NCBI RefSeq assembly: GCF_000015225.1
Contig: NC_008698.1
Coordinates: forward strand, 1,590,001-1,622,000
From: Thermofilum pendens Hrk 5
GTDB lineage: Archaea; Thermoproteota; Thermoprotei; Thermofilales; Thermofilaceae
Reading direction: 5' to 3'
Length of the DNA stretch: 32,000 nt
The first letter of the stretch is position 1. Every line of letters starts with the position of its first letter. This document shows, one piece after another, positions 1-8,191 of the stretch. Below the pieces are notes generated by a model. It was given only the letters and a program-made list of their open reading frames with translations, did no database searches and was not told the origin of the DNA. Position numbers and translations under genes: made by a program.

Positions 1-737
1 GCGATGAAGAGGAGGAAGCAGGCTGCGGATACCAGTAGGAGTAGGCGGGCGAAGCTCCTATAGGAGAGACCGTAGGCGTAGAACGTTAAGGCTAGCAGGA
101 GGCCTAGGAGCGAGACCGTGAAAAGGCAGAAGCCGACCCAGTCTATCAGGGGTTTTTCGCGCGGCGTGTAGGTCTCCCTGAGCCTCTTCCTGGAGAGTAT
201 TGCCCCGGCTATGCCCACGGGGACGTTGACGTAGAAGATGCCCCTCCAACCTAGAAGGCCTATTATCAGCCCGCTAGCGGTTAAGCCCAGGATTGACCCG
301 AGGCGGAAGGCTAGAGAGTTTATGCTCAACGCAAAGGCAAGGGGTCCGCCGACGGCGACGTCCGTGATTATAGTCGCGCTTAGAGTTGTGAGAACACCCG
401 CGCCGAGGCCCTGCAGGAAGCGCGAGGCGGCCAGTTGTAGGGGGGTCGCGGCGGCTCCGGAGAGGATTGACCCCAGGGTGAACAGCAGGAAGCCGTATGC
501 GTAGAGCTTCACCCTCCCGTAGAGGTCGGCGAGCTTCCCCGCGAGTAGAAGCATGAGCGTGCTTCCAAGCATGTATGCTTGCGTGAACCAGAGCGCTTCC
601 TCGATGTCCGCTTTGAGGGCTGAGGCTATCACGTCTAGCCCGACGACTACTATGCGCGCGTCGAGGCCTGCCATGAACGCTCCGAGCGTTGTTATCGAAA
701 GAGCCGTTAGTAGATACTTTTTGTGAGCGGTATCCAC
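1..737 (-). CDS. MFS transporter, DHA2/EmrB-like. Only the N-terminal part is present; the C-terminus lies beyond base 1.
   Basis: This ORF is absent from the ORF track because it has no stop in the window. My minus-strand translation from GTG at 737 reads VDTAHKKYLLTALSITTLGAFMAGLDARIVVVGLDVIASALKADIEEALWFTQAYMLGSTLMLLLAGKLADLYGRVKLYAYGFLLFTLGSILSGAA... and stays open to base 1. It contains the MFS motif-A-like GKLADLYGRVK and successive hydrophobic helices. Confidence 0.8.
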   Translation of the reverse strand, partial: MDTAHKKYLLTALSITTLGAFMAGLDARIVVVGLDVIASALKADIEEALWFTQAYMLGSTLMLLLAGKLADLYGRVKLYAYGFLLFTLGSILSGAAATPLQLAASRFLQGLGAGVLTTLSATIITDVAVGGPLAFALSINSLAFRLGSILGLTASGLIIGLLGWRGIFYVNVPVGIAGAILSRKRLRETYTPREKPLIDWVGFCLFTVSLLGLLLALTFYAYGLSYRSFARLLLLVSAACFLLFI

Positions 738-807
738 GCCTCCTCCTCTTTCCCTCCGAGCTTAAAAAGATTTATCAGTATTTAGGCGTAATCCCCCGGC
801 AGGCGCG

Positions 808-1428
808 GTGGTACCCTTGAGCGTAGCGCTCGCGGATACTCTCTTCAAGAGCCTGTTCGTAGCCGTACAGCTGTACGCCGTCTTGAACCCCGTCAGCGTT
901 ATACCGACATTTGTGAACCTGACGGAGGGCCTGGACTCCCGGGAAAAGGTGCACGCGGTTAGGAAAGCCTCGATGATAGTGTTCTCCCTCATGGTCGTCT
1001 TTAGCCTTATCGGCGACCCCCTCCTGAGGCTTCTCAACGTTAGCATTGCCTCTCTACGCCTGGGCGGCGGGGTGCTATTGATGGTCATAGCCGTGGACAT
1101 GCTCTCCGGGATGAGCAGGACGAAGGGGCTTGAAAGCGGCGACGAGGCTCTCGTAGTCCCCATAGCGACCCCCCTACTCGTCGGGCCTGGAACCATAACC
1201 ACGCTCATAGTCCTAAGCGCGTCCGAAGGCCTACCGGTAACCCTCCTCGGAGCACTGCTCGCAACCCTGCTCGTCTACGCCACGCTGGCGTTCGGGGAAA
1301 GCCTCCTGGAGCTCCTAGGGAGAAACTTCGTGAGAAGCCTGGGCAGGTTCATGGCGATAATCATCGCCGGGATAAGCGCCGAGATGATACACAGAGCCCT
1401 CCTCGAGTGGGGTATAGCGACGAGGTAG
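808..1428 (+). CDS. marC: MarC family (UPF0056) integral membrane protein
   Basis: The 206-aa product is multi-pass hydrophobic. The N-terminal LYAVLNPVSVIPTF matches the NPxxxxPxF signature typical of MarC. The start is GTG, about 27 nt downstream of a TATA-like AGTATTTAGG. Confidence 0.8.
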   Translation: MVPLSVALADTLFKSLFVAVQLYAVLNPVSVIPTFVNLTEGLDSREKVHAVRKASMIVFSLMVVFSLIGDPLLRLLNVSIASLRLGGGVLLMVIAVDMLSGMSRTKGLESGDEALVVPIATPLLVGPGTITTLIVLSASEGLPVTLLGALLATLLVYATLAFGESLLELLGRNFVRSLGRFMAIIIAGISAEMIHRALLEWGIATR

Positions 1429-1596
1429 CCGTGTCCCACGGCTCGAAACGAGGCGTGCCCGCACGCCCGGGTGAGCACAGGAGCCCAGGCGCGGCCAGGG
1501 GAGTAGGAGAGAGCGCGAGCAGTAGCGGTAGGGATCCAGCAGACTACGCTACGTTCGTACGCAAGCTTGTCCTCAGCTTCGATTCACGCGAAAAGC

Positions 1597-1603
1597 TTAT
1601 TAA
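1597..1603 (+). promoter_or_regulatory. TATA-like box (TTATTAA) inside AAGCTTATTAAGGGGG, upstream of the GNAT gene
   Basis: This is an A/T island in a GC-rich spacer. It matches at 13 of 16 positions the element AAGCTTTTAAAGGGGC at 12668-12683, upstream of the half-ferritin gene. An SD-like GGTG lies at 1630-1633 and an ATG at 1644. Confidence 0.4.
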
Positions 1604-1796
1604 GGGGGAGGCGCACTTGCTGGTGCTAGGTGGGTTTGAAGGCATGAGTTGACTACAGGCTTCTAGTAGCGGCGAAAGCGGAGCTTCCGCTGTAGTTGTC
1701 CGCCCCGCGAGGCTTAGGGACGTCGACGCGATATTCAGGATACACCTGAGCTCGCTGGAGGGGCTTGACGAGGAGGACTACCAGTGGTTCAAAGCT

Positions 1797-2540
1797 ATGC
1801 TCTCCGTCCGGTCGTCGAGGAGGATAGTTCTCGTGGCGGAGCGGGGATCCGAGGTTCTCGGGTTCGTCATAGCCTACAAGCACAGAGAGCGCGCCTACGT
1901 CGACAGCCTCGCGGTAGACCCCGCGTACAGGGACCTCGGAATAGGAGGAAGGCTACTCTCGGGCCTCGAAGAACTACTCGCGAAGAGAGGAGTCGAAAGG
2001 ATTGCTTTAAGCGTTAAAGACAGCAACCTCAGGGCTCTCGACTTCTACCTAAGGCGCGGCTACGGGGTGGTCGGGCTCATACTCTTCATGTACGCGCGAA
2101 CCGGCTCCCTGCCGGCCGAGGCGCCGCCAGGCTACGAGCTGAGGCTACGGGACGCGCCGCTCAGGGGGAGGCTGAAGAGGTACAAGCCTACCACCATGTG
2201 GAGTACCTTGACGGAGCCCGTGGACAGGATGATATACAAGAAGTACGGGGCGGGCGAAAAGACCCTTACGGCGTACAAGTCGGGGAGAGTGAGGGGGGTC
2301 GCGGAGTTCTCCGCGGACGACGAGGTATTCGCCGACTACGTAGCGCTGTCGTCTTACAGCTCCGTGGAGGCCCTCAGGGCTCTGCTCAAGGGGTTCCGGG
2401 ACTTCGGGCTCGAGGCAGGCATAGACACGCTAGTGATACCCGTGGACTCGTCCAAGCAGGTCGTCGTGGAGGAGCTCTCGAGGAGCGGTTTCAGAACGCT
2501 GAAGACCGAGTACCTCCTAGAGAAGGAGCTCGCCGAGTAA
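1797..2540 (+). CDS. GNAT family N-acetyltransferase with an extra C-terminal domain of about 130 aa. The true N-terminus is probably upstream of 1797 (see findings).
   Basis: The acetyl-CoA motif A is present in LAVDPAYRDLGIGGRLL, followed by the GNAT-typical SVKDSNLRALDFYLRRGY. The frame stays open back to 1653 and there encodes VVVRPARLRDVDAIFRIHLSS, which resembles GNAT beta1/alpha1. Confidence 0.8.
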   Translation: MLSVRSSRRIVLVAERGSEVLGFVIAYKHRERAYVDSLAVDPAYRDLGIGGRLLSGLEELLAKRGVERIALSVKDSNLRALDFYLRRGYGVVGLILFMYARTGSLPAEAPPGYELRLRDAPLRGRLKRYKPTTMWSTLTEPVDRMIYKKYGAGEKTLTAYKSGRVRGVAEFSADDEVFADYVALSSYSSVEALRALLKGFRDFGLEAGIDTLVIPVDSSKQVVVEELSRSGFRTLKTEYLLEKELAE

Positions 2541-2550
2541 AAGGTGCCGG

Positions 2551-3420
2551 CTAGCTTTTCTTCTTCTCTTTTCTCTCCTCCCGCTTTACGAGCCACATCG
2601 AGAGGAAGTACAGCGCGACGAAGGGTGCGCCGAGAACCAGGTCGCTGAAAAACGTGGGGTCAGGAGTCACCATAACCAGGAAAGCGAAGACAGCGAACAC
2701 TACGTAGCGCCAGTTGCCGCGGAGAGTCTCGTAAGTCACCACGCCTATCTTGTGCAAGGCTAGTACTACGAGGGGGAACATGAAGAAGACTCCCGTGGCG
2801 AGCGTTCCGAGCATTATGTTCTGGTAGAACTCCTGAATGGAGAAGAAGAGGCTTGCCCCTCCAAGCGTTGCCAGCCACACGGCGACCGAGAATACTATAG
2901 GCATCACTACGAAGTACCCATAGAGGAGCCCGGCGACGAACAGGCTCAGCGCGAAGACAGTGTACCTCTTCACGACTCTCTTCTCATGGGAGTAGAGCCC
3001 CGGCTCCACGAACCTGTACACCTCGTACGCTATCAGCGGGCTCAGGACGCCCGCCGCTATTACAACCGATAGGAGTAGCGCCGCGGTCAGGGAGTCGAAC
3101 CAGCCGTGGGATATCAGCACGACCCTGGACCCGTTAACCCCGAAGAGCCTCGCGAAAGGCCCGCTGAAGGGGTTGTCGTTGAAGTCCAGCATGTAGTGGT
3201 TCGTCGCGTTCATCAACGCGAACACTAGGGGGTAGTAGGACCTAGGCAGCATCCAGGGGGCCGGCAGGAATATCAGGAGTATTAGGAAGGCTATGAACTC
3301 TATCAGTATCCTCCTCAAGGTCTCCAGGAAGTCGTAGACGTGGTCGAGCAGGGGCTTCTCCGGTAGCTCCTCCGACACTGCCAGCACCTCGTGTGACGCG
3401 CGTGGCGCGCTATTAAACAT
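2551..3420 (-). CDS. tatC: Sec-independent (twin-arginine) protein translocase subunit TatC
   Basis: The 289-aa product has about 6 TM helices. The N-terminal LLDHVYDFLETLRRILI corresponds to the TatC HLxELRxRLI motif. A TPDP motif lies near the C-terminus in LVMVTPDPTFFSD. Confidence 0.85.
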   Translation of the reverse strand: MFNSAPRASHEVLAVSEELPEKPLLDHVYDFLETLRRILIEFIAFLILLIFLPAPWMLPRSYYPLVFALMNATNHYMLDFNDNPFSGPFARLFGVNGSRVVLISHGWFDSLTAALLLSVVIAAGVLSPLIAYEVYRFVEPGLYSHEKRVVKRYTVFALSLFVAGLLYGYFVVMPIVFSVAVWLATLGGASLFFSIQEFYQNIMLGTLATGVFFMFPLVVLALHKIGVVTYETLRGNWRYVVFAVFAFLVMVTPDPTFFSDLVLGAPFVALYFLSMWLVKREERKEKKKS

Positions 3421-3463
3421 AACTAGGGTAAAGCATTTATCGCTGTGCCTAATTCTCTCGCGG

Positions 3464-3514
3464 GATGAGGAGTTCGGCTACCTGCCGATCGATGAGGCTT
3501 CCCGGCCTTACCGA
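3464..3514 (+). repeat. Tandem pair of GATGAGG-N13/14-CCGA units (loosely C/D-box-like, non-consensus)
   Basis: The first unit is GATGAGG at 3464-3470, then 14 nt, then CCGA at 3485-3488. After a 2-nt gap the second unit is GATGAGG at 3491-3497, then 13 nt, then CCGA at 3511-3514. The pair lies in the TatC/AEP intergenic region and overlaps the AEP stop codon. Confidence 0.3.
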
Positions 3515-4689
3515 CCCCCTCTCCTAAGCCACTCCTCGACTTCCTCCCTACTCTTCTGGAGCAACACCCTTACGGCCTCGTCGTAGAGCTTCTCGAGGAG
3601 CTCGAGGTCAGCCTTGGAGTACCCCTGGGCCTTCAGCGTGACTGTCCTCGTAGCCTCCAGGTACCTGACCGCCTCCTCTAGTCCTATGTTTCCGAGCACG
3701 TAGTGGCTCAGGACGTCCTCGAGGAGCCTCACCGCCTTCATAGGGTCCAGGTAGAGCTTCCTTCCCTTCAGCGGGCCGGGGTACGGGTTGAAGCGTAGCC
3801 TCACCTCTGCGAGGGACCCGGAGGGGTTTTCGAGCACGGGGACAGGGGCGCGCGGGGCTACGGGCTGTGCGCGGGGCTTCCCGAGGTACCCGCCTATGCG
3901 CCCGACGGCCTTCTCCGCCAGGTGATCCGCCTCGCCCTCCTCGTATGCGCGCCACGAGGGGTTGTGGACGGGGCTTTCCGGGTTCGTCCACGAGGGCTCG
4001 AAGTCGTCCAGTTGCTCGGGCTTCAGCGCTACGCACGCAACGTCCAGGGCCCTGTGGAGGCTTAGGGGCGCCGTGAAGACCCTCTGGGGGTCCATGAGGT
4101 TCTCGACCTTTATCTTCGACCCGTGCTTCGCGTTGACCTCGCGGATCTTCTCCTTGACCTCCTCCAAGACTAGCTGGGCCAGGGACCACGTGGCGTCGAG
4201 CACGCCGTGCTTCTCGATAACCTCGCTGGTCACCGCGTACTCGTGCAGGTGTACGTGCATTCCGCGCCCGCTCCACTTCAGCCACACGCTCTTGACTACC
4301 CCCTCCCTCTCCAGGTAGTCTACGATCGCGCGCGCCGCCTCGATCGTCGCCCTCCAGTGCTCCGGGAGCGAGTCTATGTCCCACGTCACGGTCCTCCTCA
4401 GCACGTTCCCGGAGTAGTTCAGGGCGTCCTCCCTCGTCTCCAGCTTCGCGTAGACATTAGCCGTGCCGTAAACGGCCCTGGGCCCGAGGCGCCCGAGCCT
4501 CCTGAGGAGGGCCGCGAGCTCTGCGGGGCTCGAAGCCTTGAGGGGGGATCCCCCGGCGTACCTGACGAGGAGCTGTCTGCCGTCCTTCATCTTCCTGGAG
4601 CAGTGCACCGCTACCCAGCGCCCCTTCAGGAAGTCCGACATCTCGCCGAGGACGCTGGGCCTCAGCAGGTATTCGAGGGGGTCCAGCAT
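3508..4689 (-). CDS. Archaeo-eukaryotic primase (AEP) superfamily protein, PriS-like but divergent, with no zinc knuckle and a helical C-terminal extension
   Basis: All three AEP motifs are present in the correct order. Motif I is VTWDIDS (D104, D106). Motif II is WSGRGMHVHLH (S140-H145). Motif III is LMDPQRVFTAPLSLH (D200, R203, H212). The N-terminal ASSPAELAALLRRL...PRAVYGTANVYAKL resembles the PriS layout. The ATG lies 6 nt after the nnr stop, preceded by GGGGA. Confidence 0.6.
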   Translation of the reverse strand: MLDPLEYLLRPSVLGEMSDFLKGRWVAVHCSRKMKDGRQLLVRYAGGSPLKASSPAELAALLRRLGRLGPRAVYGTANVYAKLETREDALNYSGNVLRRTVTWDIDSLPEHWRATIEAARAIVDYLEREGVVKSVWLKWSGRGMHVHLHEYAVTSEVIEKHGVLDATWSLAQLVLEEVKEKIREVNAKHGSKIKVENLMDPQRVFTAPLSLHRALDVACVALKPEQLDDFEPSWTNPESPVHNPSWRAYEEGEADHLAEKAVGRIGGYLGKPRAQPVAPRAPVPVLENPSGSLAEVRLRFNPYPGPLKGRKLYLDPMKAVRLLEDVLSHYVLGNIGLEEAVRYLEATRTVTLKAQGYSKADLELLEKLYDEAVRVLLQKSREEVEEWLRRGGR

Positions 4690-4695
4690 AGTCCC

Positions 4696-6270
4696 CTACG
4701 GCAGGACCTTAATGGTATACCTTTCGAGCACGCTCTCGAAGTCTTCCCTCAGCGCCCTCAGAGCCTTGGGGAGGTAGTTCATCAGAGTCACTGAAGTTAA
4801 GCCGTCCTGCCCGCGCTCCTCCGCCGCTATGTCCCCTGCGAGCCCGTGCACGAAGACGCCCATCCTCACAGCCTCCTCGAAGCCCAGGCCGAGCCCGTAG
4901 AGCGCCGCTATGGCCCCTACCAGCACGTCCCCGGAGCCCGCGGTCGCCATGCCGGGGTTGCCCGACAGGTTGATGTACGCCCTCCCATCCGGGGTTGCTA
5001 TGACCGTGTGAGCCCCTTTGAGCACCACGTAGGCTTTAAGCTTCCCGGCGAGCTCCAGCGCCGCGTCGACCCGGGACGCCCTTACCTCCTCCACGCTCTT
5101 CCCCGTCAGCCTCGACATCTCGCCGGCGTGCGGGGTGAGCACTGTGGGAGCCCTTCTCTCCGAGATGTACTCGCCGCATCGGGCAACCGCGGTGAGGCCG
5201 TCGCCGTCCACTATGAGCGGCTTCTCGACGCTCCTAGCTAGGTCGCAGACAAGCCTCAGCGTCTCCTCCTCGAGCCCGAGCCCCGGCCCCACGGCCACTA
5301 TGTCCGAGGACTTCGAGAGCTCCAGTATCCTCTCGAGGTTGCCGTAGGCGACCGTGCCCGAGGCTGTCTCCTCGAGCGCCTCGTAGACCACCTCAGGGGC
5401 CCTCACGCCTAGGAACGGCACGATGGACTTAATCGTCGCGAGCCTAGAGTACCCGCCGCCCGCCTTCAGGAAGGACTTTGAGCAGAGCAGGGGTGCCCCC
5501 ATGTACCTGCGCGAGCCCGCGACGAACAGCGCCTTCCCGTAGTCCCCCTTGTGCGTGTCCGGCCTCCTCGGCGGCAGGGGTACGGGGTCGTTCGTCTCCA
5601 CCTTCAACCGGCTGTCCTCGAGCAACGCCCTGGGGTAGGAGATGTGGTGTACGTACAGCTCGCCTCCTAGCTCGGCGCCGGGGTACATGAGGTTCCCGAG
5701 CTTCGGGAGCCCGAACGTCACGGTGTAGTCAGCTCTCACAGCTACGCCTAGAACCTGCCCCGTGTCCCCGTGGACCCCCGAGGGGATGTCGACGCTTATC
5801 ACTAGGGAACCGCTACCGTTTATCGCCTCTACAACCTTCCTGTAGACACCCTCCAGGGGCCTGGAGAGGCCCGTCCCGAACAGCGCGTCTACGACGACGT
5901 CGAAGAGGGAGAGCTCCTCGGAGAGCCCCTCCGCCCTCTCCTCATCCACTACTTCCACGGCTATCCCGGCCTTGACTACGCGCTCGTAGTTCTCCTTGAC
6001 TATGCCTGCCAGCTTGTCCGGGGCCGCCACCAGGAAGACCTTGACGTCCGCGCCCATGCTTGAAAGGTGCCTAGCCGCTACGAGCCCGTCTCCCCCGTTG
6101 TTCCCCGGCCCGCAGACAACTGCCGCGCTCATGGGGAGCCCTATGAGCGACACGGCAAGCCTGGCTACGCTGGCGCCGGCATTCTCCATCAGGATCTCCT
6201 CCTTTACGCCGTACTTCTCCGCGGCCTCCCTGTCGAGAAGCTTTATCTCGCTTACCCTGGCTACCTTCAC
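4696..6270 (-). CDS. nnr: Bifunctional NAD(P)H-hydrate repair enzyme Nnr (YjeF-N epimerase plus ADP-dependent dehydratase)
   Basis: The 524-aa product has the N-terminal YjeF_N signature CGPGNNGGDG. The C-terminal carbohydrate-kinase-like domain contains GPGLG and GNPGMATAGSGDVL. The start is GTG, with a TATA-like GTATATC about 27 nt upstream. Confidence 0.9.
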   Translation of the reverse strand: MKVARVSEIKLLDREAAEKYGVKEEILMENAGASVARLAVSLIGLPMSAAVVCGPGNNGGDGLVAARHLSSMGADVKVFLVAAPDKLAGIVKENYERVVKAGIAVEVVDEERAEGLSEELSLFDVVVDALFGTGLSRPLEGVYRKVVEAINGSGSLVISVDIPSGVHGDTGQVLGVAVRADYTVTFGLPKLGNLMYPGAELGGELYVHHISYPRALLEDSRLKVETNDPVPLPPRRPDTHKGDYGKALFVAGSRRYMGAPLLCSKSFLKAGGGYSRLATIKSIVPFLGVRAPEVVYEALEETASGTVAYGNLERILELSKSSDIVAVGPGLGLEEETLRLVCDLARSVEKPLIVDGDGLTAVARCGEYISERRAPTVLTPHAGEMSRLTGKSVEEVRASRVDAALELAGKLKAYVVLKGAHTVIATPDGRAYINLSGNPGMATAGSGDVLVGAIAALYGLGLGFEEAVRMGVFVHGLAGDIAAEERGQDGLTSVTLMNYLPKALRALREDFESVLERYTIKVLP

Positions 6271-6377
6271 GTGGATAGGAACAGCCCCCCGGCAGATATA
6301 CCTGACGCCAATGATTACCGTCGATGATTACAAAGAGTATTTTTACGAAGTATGCGGTATGTAGGAATCGATAGAAA

Positions 6378-7196
6378 ATGGGTTATGGGTACATAGGTAA
6401 GAGAGTTAGGCTCGGCAGGATACTTAGAGACGGCAAGGCCGTAGTGTTCGCGTTCGACCACGGAGTCGAGCACGGTCCAGGCGACTTCCCAGGGGAGACT
6501 GTGAACCCGAGGAAGATCCTCTCCAAGGTTGTCGGGGAGGTGGACGCCGTCATGATGCTACCGGGCATAGCGGCTCTGACCAGCGAGGTTTGGCAGGGAA
6601 AGGTGCCGCTGATAGTCAAGGTGACTAGCAAGACTAGCCTGAGGCCCGAGGCAGAGAAGCTGCTTCAAAGCCCGTTCGGCTTCGTGGAGGACGCCGTCGC
6701 GCTGGGCGCCGACGCTGTCGCGGCAACCGTGTACTGGGGGAGCAACTTCGAGGACTTGATGCTGGAGCGCTGGTTCCAGGTGAAGAGGGCCGCGGAGACC
6801 TACGGGTTGCCTTGCCTGCAACTCTCGTACCCGAGGGGCCCCGCGATAAAGAACATGTACGACGTGGAGGTTGTGAGGTACGGTGTCCGCGCAGCCATCG
6901 AGAGCGGGGCAGACCTGATCAAGACTTACTACACGGGGAGCACCGAGAGCTTCAGGAGGGTGGTCGAGGTAGCCGCCGGCGTACCGGTGCTTATGAGCGG
7001 CGGCGCGAAGGCGAGGACTCTGCTGGACTTCCTCTACGTCGTGAAGAGCGTGATGGACGCCGGCGCGCAGGGCGTCGTCGTCGGTAGGAACATCTTCCAG
7101 CACGAGGACCCCACCCTCGCGGCTAAGGCGATAATGTACGTTGTGCACGAAGGCTACGCTCCCGAAGAGGCTTTGAGGAAAGCCGGGGGGCAGTGA
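6378..7196 (+). CDS. fba: Class I fructose-1,6-bisphosphate aldolase, archaeal type (DhnA/FbaB family)
   Basis: The 272-aa product has a DhnA-family pattern: [15 protein letters not shown], a Schiff-base lysine context [11 protein letters not shown], and VVVGRNIFQ. An ADH synthase (AroA') function cannot be excluded from sequence alone. Confidence 0.7.
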   Translation: MGYGYIGKRVRLGRILRDGKAVVFAFDHGVEHGPGDFPGETVNPRKILSKVVGEVDAVMMLPGIAALTSEVWQGKVPLIVKVTSKTSLRPEAEKLLQSPFGFVEDAVALGADAVAATVYWGSNFEDLMLERWFQVKRAAETYGLPCLQLSYPRGPAIKNMYDVEVVRYGVRAAIESGADLIKTYYTGSTESFRRVVEVAAGVPVLMSGGAKARTLLDFLYVVKSVMDAGAQGVVVGRNIFQHEDPTLAAKAIMYVVHEGYAPEEALRKAGGQ

Positions 7197-7202
7197 GGCG
7201 GG

Positions 7203-8129
7203 ATGGCGTTCTACGACGTTGTAACGCTCGGGCACATACTCCTGGACTTGAGGTTCTGCGTAGACGCCTTCGCAACGCCCGACAGGGAGGGCGTCATTAA
7301 GAGCCAGAGCCACGGCGTCGGGGGAAGCGCGGCGAACGTCGCGATAGGGGTTAGGAGGCTCGGGGGGCGCTCCGCCGTCATAGGGAAGGTGGGGTTCGAC
7401 GACTTCGGGAAGAACGCCCTCGAAGACCTCGTAAGGGAGGGGGTCGACATCTCCAACGTTAGGATAGACGCGCTGAACGGCAAGACGGGCTTCACGATAG
7501 TGATCATCGACTCCCAGGGGCAGATAGTGATGTACGGGGACAAGGGGGTCGCCGAGTCCCTTCAACCCGAGGAGGTGAACCTCAAGATACTCAAGGAGAC
7601 GGGGCACCTCCACATAGCCAGCCTCAGGGTTGACACCTCGGCTTTCGTGGCGAAGGCGGCGAAGGAGCTGGGAGTGAGGGTCTCGTGGGACCCGGGGCGC
7701 AGGCAGGCGAGGATGGGGATCGAGGCGCTCAAACCCATAGTCAGGCTTGCGGACATAGTGCTACCCAACGAGATAGAGGTGAAGGCGATAGCCGGCGTAG
7801 AAGACGTCAAGGAGGCCGCGAACGTGCTACTAGGCGAGGGGGCGGGCTTAGTGATAGTTAAGCGGGGTAGCAGGGGCGTCTACGTGGTCTCCAAGGACGA
7901 GGAGTTCGAGGTCCCCGCGTACAGGCCCGAGACCGTCGTCGACACCACGGGGGCCGGCGACGCGTTCGCGGCGGGGCTACTCATGGGCTTGAAGAGGTTC
8001 GACCTCCGGGATGCCGTGAGGTTCGCAACCGTGGTGGCAGGGCTGAAGGTAACCCGGCTTGGGTCGCACGAGATACCGACTTGGAGCGAAGCTATGGAGG
8101 TATTCGAGAAGGTAAAGCAGAAGCAGTAG
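7203..8129 (+). CDS. PfkB-family (ribokinase-like) sugar kinase, a candidate ATP-dependent 6-phosphofructokinase
   Basis: The 308-aa product has the N-terminal GGSAANVA motif and the C-terminal DTTGAGDAF anion-hole/catalytic motif. The gene starts 6 nt after the aldolase stop, which suggests an operon. Confidence 0.85.
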   Translation: MAFYDVVTLGHILLDLRFCVDAFATPDREGVIKSQSHGVGGSAANVAIGVRRLGGRSAVIGKVGFDDFGKNALEDLVREGVDISNVRIDALNGKTGFTIVIIDSQGQIVMYGDKGVAESLQPEEVNLKILKETGHLHIASLRVDTSAFVAKAAKELGVRVSWDPGRRQARMGIEALKPIVRLADIVLPNEIEVKAIAGVEDVKEAANVLLGEGAGLVIVKRGSRGVYVVSKDEEFEVPAYRPETVVDTTGAGDAFAAGLLMGLKRFDLRDAVRFATVVAGLKVTRLGSHEIPTWSEAMEVFEKVKQKQ

Positions 8130-8191
8130 AGCGCTTAGGTTTTTATCTCGCCGCCGCGCATCGTAGACGTTGTAGAGCGGGTGCTACCGGT

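Noticed and set aside
1407-1652. An 81-aa ORF spanning the marC 3' end and the spacer
   Set aside because: It overlaps marC, its translation has low complexity, and it has no promoter. Only its last two codons (ATG AGT before TGA) are relevant, as discussed for the GNAT start problem.
1650-1652. Selenocysteine decoding of the in-frame TGA upstream of the GNAT domain
   Set aside because: I see no SECIS-like hairpin. Sec machinery is not known in Crenarchaeota. A Sec residue at position 3 of a GNAT has no functional rationale.
3608-4794. Alternative-frame ORFs across the AEP gene (3608..4384 on the minus strand, 3962..4318 on the plus strand, 4207..4794 on the plus strand)
   Set aside because: Their translations are Arg/Gly/Pro-rich and lack motifs. 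The AEP frame carries three ordered catalytic motifs.
6311-6330. A repeated ATGATTA (AATGATTACCGTCGATGATTA) as possible C boxes of an sRNA
   Set aside because: The sequence is not the RUGAUGA consensus. No CUGA lies at the required 12-nt spacing on either strand. The region is better explained as the nnr/fba divergent promoter.
6558-7613. A 351-aa ORF on the minus strand, antisense to the aldolase and PfkB genes
   Set aside because: Its product is rich in Arg, Pro, Gly, His and Val, has low complexity and carries no motif. It fully overlaps two genes with strong family signatures. It is a typical shadow ORF of GC-rich DNA.
8081-8191. The longer start of the VIT1-family ORF, overlapping the pfkB 3' end
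   Set aside because: The extension (MERSYGGIREGKAEAV...) overlaps pfkB and precedes a TATA-like box. ATG 8192 yields the family-typical ferritin-like N-terminus.
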